A stretch of 64,000 nt of DNA from an uncultured Lentisphaeraceae bacterium (GTDB lineage Bacteria > Verrucomicrobiota > Kiritimatiellia > RFP12 > UBA1067). The translations under genes and the position numbers were made by a program. The stretch covers positions 590 through 64,589 of the forward strand of contig CAYOQJ010000092.1 of the NCBI GenBank assembly GCA_964406095.1. Reading direction: 5' to 3'. Under the pieces are notes generated by a model. It worked only from the letters and a program-made list of their open reading frames with translations, made no database searches and was not told the origin of the DNA. Position 1 is the first letter of the stretch. The number at the start of each line of letters is the position of its first letter. Of this stretch, positions 40,640 to 54,481 are shown one piece after another.

Positions 40640-40669
40640 TTGACAAAGGGCATTGGTTTTCGATATTGT
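40640..40669 (+). promoter_or_regulatory. Sigma70-like promoter candidate for the tRNA-Thr/tuf unit
   Basis: TTGACA (40640-40645), an 18-nt spacer, then TATTGT (40664-40669), in an AT-rich stretch after clpB. Confidence 0.4.
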
Positions 40670-40823
40670 AGCGGTCGTTTCTTTAAGCGGAATGGACGTT
40701 CCGTTTACAGAGCGTTAATATCAAGGTAAATAAATCCAATGCGTTTCAGGCGTGAGGGCATTGTGCTCGTGGTCTGAATCGCCTGAGGGTAAGGGTATCT
40801 TTACCCGTGTTGGGAACAGCGTT

Positions 40824-40899
<76 letters not shown>

Positions 40900-40940
40900 C
40901 TTTGATAATTTTTTGTCACAACTCACAGGAGAAACATAAA

Positions 40941-42149
40941 ATGGCGAAAGAGACATTTGTAAGAGAGAAACCTCACGTTAATGTGGGTACAATTGGCCAC
41001 GTTGACCATGGTAAGACAACGTTGACTGCTGCTATCACGCACGTTCAGTCATTAAAGGGTTACTGCGAGCCGATCAGTTATGATCAGGTTGCCAAGGCAT
41101 CCGAATCGGCTGGTCGTCGAGATGCCACCAAAATTTTAACGATTGCGACATCGCATGTCGAATATGGAACCGAAACGCGTCATTATGCACACGTTGATTG
41201 TCCCGGGCATGCTGATTACGTAAAGAATATGATCACCGGCGCCGCTCAGATGGACGGAGCCATTCTGGTGGTAAGTGCTGCTGACGGTCCGATGCCTCAG
41301 ACGCGTGAGCACATTTTGCTTGCCCGTCAGGTTGGTGTTCCTGCCATTGTCGTGTTTTTGAATAAAGTTGATCTGGTTGATGATGAAGAGTTGCTGGAAC
41401 TGATTGAGATGGAGGTTCGTGAGCTGCTCGCAAAGTATGAGTATCCTGGTGATGATATTCCGATTGTGCGCGGGAGTGCTTTGCCGGCGACACAGGTTGG
41501 CAATGCGGATGAACCGGCAGCCAAGTGTATTCAGGATTTAATGGATGCGTTGGACAGTTATATCCCTGAGCCGGAACGTGTTCTTGATCTGCCCTTCCTG
41601 ATGCCGATCGAAGACGTTTTCTCGATTGAAGGCCGTGGAACAGTTGTTACCGGTCGTGTTGAGCGCGGTGTGATTCACACTGGAGACGAAGTTGAAATTA
41701 TCGGTCTTCGTCCTACAGCCAAGACAACGTGTACTGGTGTTGAGATGTTCCGCAAGATTCTGAGTGAGGGGCAGGCTGGCGACAATATCGGGGCTTTGTT
41801 GCGCGGCACCAAGAAAGAGGATGTTGAGCGCGGGCAGGTTTTGGCCAAGCCCGGGTCCATAACACCGCACACCGATTTCAGTGGTGAGGTTTATGTACTG
41901 AGCAAGGAAGAGGGTGGGCGACACACACCGTTCTTCAAGGGGTATCGTCCGCAGTTTTACATTCGCACCACTGACGTAACTGGTGACATCACATTACCGG
42001 AAGGTGTTGAGATGGTCATGCCCGGTGACAACATTTCCATTGATGTTAAGTTGATTTCGCCGGTTGCGCTGGAGGACAAGATGCGCTTTGCAATTCGTGA
42101 AGGTGGCCGCACAGTTGGTGCCGGAACTGTTAGTAAAGTAAACAAATAA
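40941..42149 (+). CDS. tuf: Elongation factor Tu
   Basis: The track ORF starts at 40902. The true start is the ATG at 40941 (GGAGAA upstream), giving [28 protein letters not shown]. It is near-identical to canonical EF-Tu except in the switch I region. Confidence 0.97.
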   Translation: MAKETFVREKPHVNVGTIGHVDHGKTTLTAAITHVQSLKGYCEPISYDQVAKASESAGRRDATKILTIATSHVEYGTETRHYAHVDCPGHADYVKNMITGAAQMDGAILVVSAADGPMPQTREHILLARQVGVPAIVVFLNKVDLVDDEELLELIEMEVRELLAKYEYPGDDIPIVRGSALPATQVGNADEPAAKCIQDLMDALDSYIPEPERVLDLPFLMPIEDVFSIEGRGTVVTGRVERGVIHTGDEVEIIGLRPTAKTTCTGVEMFRKILSEGQAGDNIGALLRGTKKEDVERGQVLAKPGSITPHTDFSGEVYVLSKEEGGRHTPFFKGYRPQFYIRTTDVTGDITLPEGVEMVMPGDNISIDVKLISPVALEDKMRFAIREGGRTVGAGTVSKVNK

Positions 42150-42171
42150 AGTAGTTTCCTGTGAGCAATTT

Positions 42172-42206
42172 CCTGCCGGAGCGGACTGAGCTCCGGCAGG
42201 ATTTTC
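42172..42206 (+). terminator. Terminator/attenuator hairpin after tuf
   Basis: CCTGCCGGAGC-GGACTGA-GCTCCGGCAGG (11-bp perfect stem) followed by ATTTTC. Confidence 0.6.
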
Positions 42207-42229
42207 GAGCTTCATAAAGGGGCGAAGTC

Positions 42230-42379
42230 ATGAGAGATTTAGCAATACTTGCTTGCACCGAGTGTAAGCGGCGCAATTACACCACGACCCGCAATAAGCG
42301 TACTGTCGCAAACCGATTGGAAATTAAAAAGTTCTGTCCGTTTGACCGTAAGCGCACGTTGCATCGTGAAACGAAATAA
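42230..42379 (+). CDS. rpmG: 50S ribosomal protein L33
   Basis: Below the ORF-track size cut-off. It translates to [49 protein letters not shown] (49 aa), a typical zinc-ribbon L33, in the conserved tuf-rpmG-tRNA-Trp-secE position. Confidence 0.9.
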   Translation: MRDLAILACTECKRRNYTTTRNKRTVANRLEIKKFCPFDRKRTLHRETK

Positions 42380-42387
42380 ATTGATTT

Positions 42388-42463
42388 AGGCCAGTAGCTC
42401 AACTGGCAGAGCACCGGTCTCCAAAACCGGTTGTTGGGGGTTCGATTCCCTCCTGGCCTGCCA
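42388..42463 (+). tRNA. tRNA-Trp (anticodon CCA), CCA end encoded
   Basis: Acceptor AGGCCAG/CTGGCCT, D arm GCTC/GAGC, anticodon arm CCGGT-CTCCAAA-ACCGG, T arm GGGGG-TTCGATT-CCCTC. Confidence 0.95.
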
Positions 42464-42538
42464 ATAACCGTACGATCAGCCTGCCGGGGTCAAGCGTAAC
42501 GGCGAGGGTAATGAAACGGTTACCCTGAGGGTCTGAAG

Positions 42539-42742
42539 ATGACAGATATAAAAAGTGCCTTGCATCGTTTAGGTGCCTACCTGGGTGAGGTCAGTGTTGA
42601 GTTCAAAAAAGTTTCTTGGCCTGATCGGCGGGAACTGATGGATTCCACGCTGGTTGTAATTACCTTTATTATTATTTTGGCTGTTGTTGTTTTTTTGTGC
42701 GACAAAGTCATACAGTACGTAATGCAGTTGATACATGCGTAA
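42539..42742 (+). CDS. secE: Preprotein translocase subunit SecE
   Basis: 67-aa ORF with an EVSVEFKKVSWPDRREL motif and a single C-terminal TM helix. It lies between tRNA-Trp and nusG. Confidence 0.9.
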   Translation: MTDIKSALHRLGAYLGEVSVEFKKVSWPDRRELMDSTLVVITFIIILAVVVFLCDKVIQYVMQLIHA

Positions 42743-42763
42743 AGTGCGAGCGGGGATTTAAGC

Positions 42764-43327
42764 ATGACAAAACAGTGGTTTGTATTGCATACGCTGACGG
42801 GGCAGGAGCTCAAAGTCAGGCGTTCGATAGAAGCGCGTATTCGTCTTGAGGAGATGGGGCATTACATTGGGGAGGTTGTGATTCCGACCGAGAAGGTATC
42901 TGAGGTGAAGAACGGGAAAAAGACCACCACCACCCGCAAGTTTTTTCCTGGGTATGTGCTGATAAATTTGGCACTTTACGATGAGAACAGACAGATACTT
43001 GAACCGACTTGGCGATTTCTGAAAGAGACACCGGGGGTGATAGGATTTATCGGAGGCGATCATCCGATGCCGCTTTCCGAGAAAGAGGTTGATGACATCA
43101 TCAACCAGTCGGATGACAAAGAGGAAAAGGTTGTGCCCAAGGTTGTTTACGAACCGGGCGAAACAGTTAAAATCACCGACGGACCGTTCATGAGTTTCAA
43201 TGGTGTCGTTGATGAAGTGGATCCTGACCGGGGCAAACTGAAGGTTTCAGTAGCGATATTTGGACGTTCAGCACCGGTGGAACTGGAATACTGGCAGGTT
43301 GAGCGTGCAGACAGTGAGAATGGCTGA
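42764..43327 (+). CDS. nusG: Transcription termination/antitermination factor NusG
   Basis: 187-aa ORF with an NGN domain (WFVLHTLTGQE) and a KOW domain (GETVKITDGPFMSFNGVV). Confidence 0.95.
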   Translation: MTKQWFVLHTLTGQELKVRRSIEARIRLEEMGHYIGEVVIPTEKVSEVKNGKKTTTTRKFFPGYVLINLALYDENRQILEPTWRFLKETPGVIGFIGGDHPMPLSEKEVDDIINQSDDKEEKVVPKVVYEPGETVKITDGPFMSFNGVVDEVDPDRGKLKVSVAIFGRSAPVELEYWQVERADSENG

Positions 43328-43450
43328 GCGTCTTTTACGAAGTCGGTTTGCCCGTCGGGAAAGTGGCGGGCTAACAGTTTGTCAACCGTGACTCATTTGT
43401 ACCGGAAGGGATACCGGGAGAGTCACAACAGATTAAGGTAAGGTATAGAA

Positions 43451-43876
43451 ATGGCTAAAAAGGTCACAGGTACCATTAAGTTGCAGATTCCTGCGGGAGC
43501 GGCGAATCCGGCGCCTCCGGTGGGGCCCGCGCTGGGTGCGCAGGGTGTGAACATCATGATGTTCTGTAAAGAGTTCAACGCCAAAACACAGGACAGGGCT
43601 GGACTTGTTATTCCGGTTGTCATCACTGTTTATGCGGATCGCAGTTTCTCTCTCGAATTCAAGAGTCCGCCAGCGGCGGTGTTGCTTAAGAAGGCGGCTG
43701 GTCTGGCTAAAGGTTCGGGAGTTCCCAATCGAGACAAGGTCGGCAAAGTCACACGCGCACAAGTTAAAGAGATCGTTGAGATCAAAAAAGCTGATTTAAA
43801 CTCAAATTCCGAAGAGGCCGCTATGCGCATGATAGAAGGTACTGCGCGTAACATGGGCATCGAGGTGGTAGATTAA
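43451..43876 (+). CDS. rplK: 50S ribosomal protein L11
   Basis: 141-aa ORF with [27 protein letters not shown]. Confidence 0.97.
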   Translation: MAKKVTGTIKLQIPAGAANPAPPVGPALGAQGVNIMMFCKEFNAKTQDRAGLVIPVVITVYADRSFSLEFKSPPAAVLLKKAAGLAKGSGVPNRDKVGKVTRAQVKEIVEIKKADLNSNSEEAAMRMIEGTARNMGIEVVD

Positions 43877-43893
43877 GAGGGGGAACTTTAAAA

Positions 43894-44577
43894 ATGGCAA
43901 AACACGGTAAACGTTATAACGACGCCAAGAAGAAGCTCCCTCATGGGGCAGTTTCACTTGAAGAGGCGGTGGCATTTATTAAAAAGAATGCCACTGCGAA
44001 TTTTGATGAAACGGTTGAAGTCGCTTTTCATCTAGGTGTTGATCCACGCAAATCCGATCAAGCTGTGCGTGGCAATGTAACTCTTCCGCACGGAACCGGC
44101 AAGAACATCCGGGTGGTTGTTTTCGCCGCTGGTGAGCATGCTGATCAGGCACGTGAAGCGGGGGCTGAGGAGGTTGGATACGAAGATTTGATTGAAAAGA
44201 TCAAGAATGGCTGGACTGATTTTGATGTGGCGATCTCCACGACTGATGCGATGAAAGAGGTGCGTAAGATTGCCCGTGTGCTTGGTCCGCGCGGCCTGAT
44301 GCCGAATCCCAAAACCGGCACAGTCACTGATGAAATTGCGGCGGCGGTCAAGGCATCCAAGGGTGGTAAAGTTGACTTCCGGATGGATCGCACTGGTAAC
44401 ATATGTGTGTTATGCGGCAAGTGTTCTTTTGATGATAAAAAGCTGGTTGGTAACATCAGAGCGGTTGTGGATGCGGTCAGGGCGGAACGTCCCGCGAGTG
44501 CCAAAGGAGTCTTTCTATGTTCTATGACAGTCAGTTCCACCATGGGTGTCGGGGTTACTGTTCAGTTGAAAGATTAA
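43894..44577 (+). CDS. rplA: 50S ribosomal protein L1
   Basis: 227-aa ORF with [20 protein letters not shown] and [11 protein letters not shown]. Confidence 0.97.
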   Translation: MAKHGKRYNDAKKKLPHGAVSLEEAVAFIKKNATANFDETVEVAFHLGVDPRKSDQAVRGNVTLPHGTGKNIRVVVFAAGEHADQAREAGAEEVGYEDLIEKIKNGWTDFDVAISTTDAMKEVRKIARVLGPRGLMPNPKTGTVTDEIAAAVKASKGGKVDFRMDRTGNICVLCGKCSFDDKKLVGNIRAVVDAVRAERPASAKGVFLCSMTVSSTMGVGVTVQLKD

Positions 44578-44588
44578 GGAGTTTTTGA

Positions 44589-45110
44589 ATGAGATCGGAA
44601 AAAATTTCAATTTTGAATGAGGTAATTGAGCGTGTCAGGGACTCTCAATACTGTTTTATCCTCAATTATGGCGGTCTGAAGGTTGAGAAGCTCGGTTCTT
44701 TGCGCAAGAATTTGGACAAGCTGGACACGCGCATGATGGTGGTTAAAAACAGTTATCTTGCTAAAACGGCGGCGGAGCTGGAGTGGAATGACATCAGCGA
44801 GATGCTGAATGGTCAGACAGCAGTAGTAACGGGTGACGGTGATGTGGCGGAGGTTGCCAAGCTTCTGGTTCAGTTTGTGAAAGAAAACAAAACTGCCGAT
44901 GTCAAGGGTGCAAATGTTGAGTCTAAAATCCTCGGTTCCGAGGAGGTGACTGTGCTTTCCAAGCTGCCTTCCAAGGATGTCATGCGCGCAATACTGCTCA
45001 ACACCATGCTGGCGCCTGCCACAGGCCTGGTGCGCGTTATGAATGCGCCTTTGCTGAACATGCTTTATGCCCTCAAGGCGTATGAAGAGAAAAAAGAATC
45101 TGCGGCATAA
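44589..45110 (+). CDS. rplJ: 50S ribosomal protein L10
   Basis: 173-aa ORF in the conserved position between rplA and rplL, with an L10-like N-terminal domain. It starts only 11 nt after rplA. Confidence 0.93.
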   Translation: MRSEKISILNEVIERVRDSQYCFILNYGGLKVEKLGSLRKNLDKLDTRMMVVKNSYLAKTAAELEWNDISEMLNGQTAVVTGDGDVAEVAKLLVQFVKENKTADVKGANVESKILGSEEVTVLSKLPSKDVMRAILLNTMLAPATGLVRVMNAPLLNMLYALKAYEEKKESAA

Positions 45111-45252
45111 AGTGTCGTAAAATCCACGGGTTCGGGTCGTGATGGGTGTCGCGGTCTCTGATCAGGAATCGGGCTGTCTGAGGCGGTGAAACTTGTGGAG
45201 TCTCCTCATGTGTTGAACGCATGCGGTTGCACAACAGAAAGGAAATCAAAAA

Positions 45253-45636
45253 ATGAGTGATATCACTAAAGATCAGGTGATCGAGTTTTTGAGCGGCATG
45301 ACCGTTCTTGAAATTTCTGAGCTTGTCAAGGCTTTGGAAGACAAATGGGGTGTTACGGCTGCCGCACCGGTGGCAGCGGTTGCAGCTCCTGTGGCTGGCG
45401 GTGGCGAGGATGCCGCTGAAGAGAAGACAGAGTTTGACGTAATTCTTGCTGACTTCGGCGCCAATAAGATTGCTGTGATCAAGGAAGTCCGCGGCATCAC
45501 AGGTTTGGGGTTGAAAGACGCCAAGGATCTGGTTGAAGGTTGTCCTAAACCGGTTAAAGAGGCCTGCACCAAGGATGAGGCTGACAAGTTGAAAGAGCAG
45601 CTTGAGAAGGCCGGGGCCAAAGTTGAAATCAAGTAA
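45253..45636 (+). CDS. rplL: 50S ribosomal protein L7/L12
   Basis: 127-aa ORF with an Ala-rich hinge and C-terminal [22 protein letters not shown]. Confidence 0.97.
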   Translation: MSDITKDQVIEFLSGMTVLEISELVKALEDKWGVTAAAPVAAVAAPVAGGGEDAAEEKTEFDVILADFGANKIAVIKEVRGITGLGLKDAKDLVEGCPKPVKEACTKDEADKLKEQLEKAGAKVEIK

Positions 45637-45918
45637 AGGATAATTTGTTTCGGAGCGGGCGAAGCTGATGGGTTGGAAAACCTTTCTCGAAGCCCGTCTC
45701 CCGGCATCAGGCTCGTTGAACGGGTCAGTCAGCGGGGATTGTTCGACCGATAACCCGGACAGTTCCTGCTCTCCATTTTCCGGAGGGTTGCAAGTTGCGC
45801 TGGAAAAACGCTTTCAGCGGATTGAATCTTATGGAAGGTGAAGGAAGAAGGAACAGGTTGTCACACCATCATATAGTCGCGGATAGCTGCGTAAAGCGTA
45901 GATACTGCCTCAGTTGAT

Positions 45919-45946
45919 TTGACCGCCGAAGTGTGAATTGTATAAT
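45919..45946 (+). promoter_or_regulatory. Sigma70-like promoter candidate inside the rplL-rpoB spacer
   Basis: TTGACC (45919-45924), a 16-nt spacer, then TATAAT (45941-45946) preceded by TG. It sits about 145 nt upstream of rpoB. Confidence 0.35.
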
Positions 45947-46092
45947 GACAGTGGCTGCTTACCACACTTATATTCATAACCGGTGCCGGTATTAAAGTGT
46001 CGGATAACTGTGGTTGAAAATAGCAATGTGCAAACCTTGCGCTTCGCATCCGACTGCGACGGTTTTTAAAAACATCCAGCCTGAGGTAAGCA

Positions 46093-49000
46093 ATGGTTGA
46101 GCGCAAAATGTTTGGCAAGCTGAAGCCCGTAATTCAGCCGCCGGATCTGATTGGAATTCAGACTAAATCGTATGAAGATTTCCTGCAACTGGGCTCGCCC
46201 CCTGGAAAAAGGGAACAAAAGGGATTGCAGGCGATTTTCCAAGAGGTTTTTCCGATCGACAGCTATGACGGACGTTACACGCTGGATTTTGTGAAATATG
46301 AGATGGGTGAGTCGAAATGCACCGATCTGGAGGCAATGGCTGATGGCAACACCTACTCAGCTCCGCTGCATGCCACATTTCGGCTCAAAGACGGTGATGA
46401 GGTACGTGAAGAGGATGTTTTCATGGGAGAAATCCCGTTGATGACCCGTGATGGAGCTTTTGTAATCAACGGCGCGGAGCGGGTTATTGTATCGCAGCTA
46501 CACCGTTCACCGGGCATCTGTTCTGAAAAAACTGCGCATCCCAATGGTGCTACGCTTTATTCGGTGCGTCTGATACCTGACAGAGGTTCTTGGATCGAGA
46601 TTCAATTTGATACCAGTGAGATGATGTGGATTTATATGGATCGTCGTCGTCGTCGCAGAAAATTTTATGCGACGACCTTTTTGCGTGCTCTTGGTTACGG
46701 TACCGATGAAGACATACTGAGCCAGTTTTACACTTTCAAGATTTTGCCGGTTAAGGGGAAATACGATCAGGATGTGCTTGAGATGCTGGTGATGAAAGAC
46801 GATCTTGTGGATGTTGACTCACAGGCGGTTTTATCGAGGCGTTACGATCCTGTCACTCCTGCTATGCTGGAGCAAATTGCGGCGGCCGGTATTGATAGGA
46901 TTGAAGTTGTGGATGTCTCCGCAGACGAAGGTGTGTTGATCAAGACGTTGCGCGAGGAATACTCTGAAAACATTCACAACGAGGAAGACGCGCTGATTTC
47001 TATCTATAAAATTCTCCGTCCCGGGGATCCAGCAACGGCATCGAATGCCAAGGCGCTGCTGAAGCGTCTCTTTTTTGATCCCCGCCGTTACGATCTGGGT
47101 AAGGTCGGCAGGCACAAAATCAATCAGAAGCTGAAACTGGGGGACAGAGTTTCTTCAGAGTTAAGGGTTTTGCATGAAAGCGGAGTGGATGTGGTTGAGG
47201 CGATTCGTCTGCTACTGCGAATACATGTCGGTGACGAGAACGTAGATGATATCGATCATCTTGGTAGTCGCCGTATACGGACTGCGGGTGAGTTGCTGGA
47301 AAATCAGTGTCGTGTCGGATTGGCGCGCACGGAGCGGTTGATTCGCGAACGCATGACGTTGCATGATCCTGCCAACGGGGTGCTTGCACCGGCGCGGTTG
47401 GTTAACAGCAAATCACTTTCCGCTGTGGTGCAGGACTTCTTTGGGCGTAGCCAGCTGAGCCAGTTTATGGATCAGACCAATCCGTTGAGCGGTCTGGCAC
47501 ACAAACGTCGTCTTTCGGCACTAGGACCAGGTGGTCTGAGCAGAGAGCGCGCCGGTTTTGAGGTACGTGATGTTCATCCCTCTCACTATGGGCGTATTTG
47601 CCCGATTGAGACCCCTGAAGGGCCGAACATCGGTTTGATTTCATCCCTGGGTATTTACGCACGGATCAACGGGTTCGGTTTTATAGAGAGTCCCTACCGG
47701 ATCGTGCGCAACGGCAAGGTCACCGATAAAGTTGAGTACATGACAGCCGATCAGGAGGAGAATTACGTTATTGCCCAAGCCAACGCTGAGTTGGCTGAAG
47801 ACGGCAGTTTTGTCAACAAACTGGTGAGCTGCCGATACAAGACGGATTTTGAAGATGTTGACCGTGATACAGTTCAGTATATGGATGTTTCGCCGATGCA
47901 GGTGGTTTCAATTGCGGCCGGTCTCATACCCTTCCTTGAACATGACGATGCTAACCGTGCTTTGATGGGTGCCAACATGATGCGTCAGGCAGTGCCCTTG
48001 CTTCGCACGGAAAGTCCTTTGGTAGCGACTGGGCTTGAGGGACTCGCTGCTCGTGACGCCCGCGTGACTGTACTCGCGGTCGACGATGGAATTGTGGCAT
48101 ATGTTTCAGCTGAGCGCATAATTGTCACCCCTGACGGACAGATGCCTTCCGGCAAGCCGAAAAAGAACGAAACATCCAAGGGAATCTGGCGTTATGAGTT
48201 GCAGAAGTTCCGTCGTTGCAATGCTGGCACATGTTTCAATCAGAAGCCGATTGTCAAGGTCGGGCAGAAAATTACCAAAGGTGATGTTCTGGCTGACGGC
48301 CCAGCGACGGAGAATGGGGAACTGGCCTTGGGTAAAAATCTTTTGGTCGCGTTTATGCCATGGTCGGGATACAATTTCGAGGATGCGATTCTGGTCAGTG
48401 AGCGGATTGTGCGTGATGATATTTTCACCTCAATTCACATTCAGGATTTTGATGTTGGCGCACGTGACACCAAATTGGGTCCTGAAGAGATCACCCGCGA
48501 TATTCCCAACATTGGTGAGGAGGCACTCAAGAATCTGGGTCCCGATGGTGTGATACGCATTGGAGCTGAAGTTCGTCCGGGCGATATTCTGGTTGGCAAG
48601 ATTACGCCCAAAAGTGAGACAGAGCTGGCTCCGGAAGAACGGCTATTGCGCGCGATCTTCGGGGAGAAAGCGGCGGATGTTCGCGACACATCACTGACTG
48701 TTCCCAGTGGATTGTACGGCACTGTAATGGATGTCAAGATAACATCGCAGCAGGATGCCCGTCGTCCTTTTTTGTCGTTGGGCATTCCGCCTGAAGAGAC
48801 GAAGAAAGAGGTGCGTGATGTGGAGGCCGAGCGTAAGAAGAAGCGTGCTGAACTTGAAGATGAACTGACAACTGCTTTGAGCAACATTCTGCTTGGCGAG
48901 AAGATTCCGCTGGATGTTATCAATTCGCGCAATGATGACATCATCATTCCCGCCAATCGCAAAATAACCAAGACGTTGCTGGCTAATTTGGCCCGTAACC

Positions 49001-49950
49001 ATGATGATGTCTACATCGAGAACAGTCCTGTACAGCAGAAAATCGAAGAGATTATTCAGAGTTTTAAGCCGCGTTTTGATGACTTAGAGAATGAGGATAA
49101 CGCTGATTTTCTTGGTACTGATTTCGATGGGATGATAGATGAGGGTGGTGTTATCAAGCAGGTACGGGTTTATATTGCTGAAAAGAAGAATCTCTCTGTT
49201 GGCGACAAGCTGGCCGGACGCCATGGTAACAAGGGTGTTGTCGCAAAGATAGTGCCGGATTGTGATATGCCCTTCCTGCCGGATGGAACTGCGGTTGACA
49301 TTGTGCTTAATCCGCTGGGAGTGCCTTCGCGCATGAATTTGGGACAGTTATTTGAAACCTATCTTGGAGCAGCATGCAAGGTGCTCGATTTCAAGTCGGC
49401 TACTCCGGTTTTCGACGGCGCTAAAGAGGAGCAGATCGACAAGTTGCTTTCCGAGGCTCATGCTGTGCAGGAAAAGGCTACCGGAGGCAACGCTTGGTTG
49501 CATGAGGATGGCAAGAGCTACCTTTACGATGGACGCACAGGAGAACGCTTTGATCAACGTGTGGTAGTCGGACAGATTTACATGCTCAAGCTGCATCACC
49601 TGGTAACCGATAAAATCCATGCCCGTGCCACTGGCCCCTATTCACTTGTCACACAGCAGCCGTTGGGTGGCAAGGCGCAGTATGGCGGACAGCGTATGGG
49701 TGAGATGGAAGTCTGGGCGCTTGAGGCGTACGGCGTAGCCTACGCACTCCAGGAACTGCTCACGGTCAAATCCGACGATGTCGGCGGACGTACTCGCATA
49801 TATGAGTCGATCGTCAAAGGACAGAACACGTTGGATGCGGGAATGCCTGAATCATTCTCGGTTTTGATGCATGAACTTCGCGGTTTGTGTCTGGATATGA
49901 AATTGCTCGGCGGTGAGACTGCTTCGCCGATTGCCGATTTAACTGTTTAA
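46093..49950 (+). CDS. rpoB: DNA-directed RNA polymerase subunit beta
   Basis: 1285-aa ORF with the conserved blocks GAFVINGAERVIVSQLHRSPG, RLSALGPGGL, GRHGNKGV and QRMGEMEVWALEAYG. Confidence 0.98.
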   Translation: MVERKMFGKLKPVIQPPDLIGIQTKSYEDFLQLGSPPGKREQKGLQAIFQEVFPIDSYDGRYTLDFVKYEMGESKCTDLEAMADGNTYSAPLHATFRLKDGDEVREEDVFMGEIPLMTRDGAFVINGAERVIVSQLHRSPGICSEKTAHPNGATLYSVRLIPDRGSWIEIQFDTSEMMWIYMDRRRRRRKFYATTFLRALGYGTDEDILSQFYTFKILPVKGKYDQDVLEMLVMKDDLVDVDSQAVLSRRYDPVTPAMLEQIAAAGIDRIEVVDVSADEGVLIKTLREEYSENIHNEEDALISIYKILRPGDPATASNAKALLKRLFFDPRRYDLGKVGRHKINQKLKLGDRVSSELRVLHESGVDVVEAIRLLLRIHVGDENVDDIDHLGSRRIRTAGELLENQCRVGLARTERLIRERMTLHDPANGVLAPARLVNSKSLSAVVQDFFGRSQLSQFMDQTNPLSGLAHKRRLSALGPGGLSRERAGFEVRDVHPSHYGRICPIETPEGPNIGLISSLGIYARINGFGFIESPYRIVRNGKVTDKVEYMTADQEENYVIAQANAELAEDGSFVNKLVSCRYKTDFEDVDRDTVQYMDVSPMQVVSIAAGLIPFLEHDDANRALMGANMMRQAVPLLRTESPLVATGLEGLAARDARVTVLAVDDGIVAYVSAERIIVTPDGQMPSGKPKKNETSKGIWRYELQKFRRCNAGTCFNQKPIVKVGQKITKGDVLADGPATENGELALGKNLLVAFMPWSGYNFEDAILVSERIVRDDIFTSIHIQDFDVGARDTKLGPEEITRDIPNIGEEALKNLGPDGVIRIGAEVRPGDILVGKITPKSETELAPEERLLRAIFGEKAADVRDTSLTVPSGLYGTVMDVKITSQQDARRPFLSLGIPPEETKKEVRDVEAERKKKRAELEDELTTALSNILLGEKIPLDVINSRNDDIIIPANRKITKTLLANLARNHDDVYIENSPVQQKIEEIIQSFKPRFDDLENEDNADFLGTDFDGMIDEGGVIKQVRVYIAEKKNLSVGDKLAGRHGNKGVVAKIVPDCDMPFLPDGTAVDIVLNPLGVPSRMNLGQLFETYLGAACKVLDFKSATPVFDGAKEEQIDKLLSEAHAVQEKATGGNAWLHEDGKSYLYDGRTGERFDQRVVVGQIYMLKLHHLVTDKIHARATGPYSLVTQQPLGGKAQYGGQRMGEMEVWALEAYGVAYALQELLTVKSDDVGGRTRIYESIVKGQNTLDAGMPESFSVLMHELRGLCLDMKLLGGETASPIADLTV

Positions 49951-49974
49951 GGCGAAAAGTTTCAGGAGGTTCCA

Positions 49975-54174
<4,200 letters not shown>

Positions 54175-54205
54175 AGCAAGTCGTTTTTTAAGTAAACGTA
54201 CTGTA

Positions 54206-54236
54206 AGCCGGAGAGCCTTCGCTCTCCGGCTTTTTG
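54206..54236 (+). terminator. Rho-independent terminator after rpoC
   Basis: AGCCGGAGAGC-CTTC-GCTCTCCGGCT (11-bp perfect stem) followed by TTTTTG. Confidence 0.85.
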
Positions 54237-54481
54237 TTGCGAATCGTGTATTTCATATTTGAGGATTGCAGTTATAAATGTTGATTTAGCCGACTTGTTT
54301 TTGATACCATTCCAGAAAATTTCTGATGATTCTCCGTTTTTTAGATACCATAGAGTATCATATGCGTAAATTATTTGTTTTTAAAAAGTTACAAATTATG
54401 CTGTTTAGGAAATTTGCATAATTTGCGGGGACGGAGTCTGCACATTCCCGGTTTAAATTTGTTTATTAAAAGGGAGAAAAA

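Noticed and set aside
45861-46118. 85-aa minus-strand ORF in the rplL-rpoB spacer
   Set aside because: It is antisense to the rpoB start and has no RBS and no recognisable motifs. The region is better explained as a structured spacer plus promoter.
54237-54481. SAM riboswitch upstream of metK
   Set aside because: The AT-rich leader shows only small hairpins (GATAC-N6-GTATC, CGGGGA-N13-TTCCCG). I could not see SAM-I, SAM-II or SAM-IV core motifs. Confirming this needs cmsearch.
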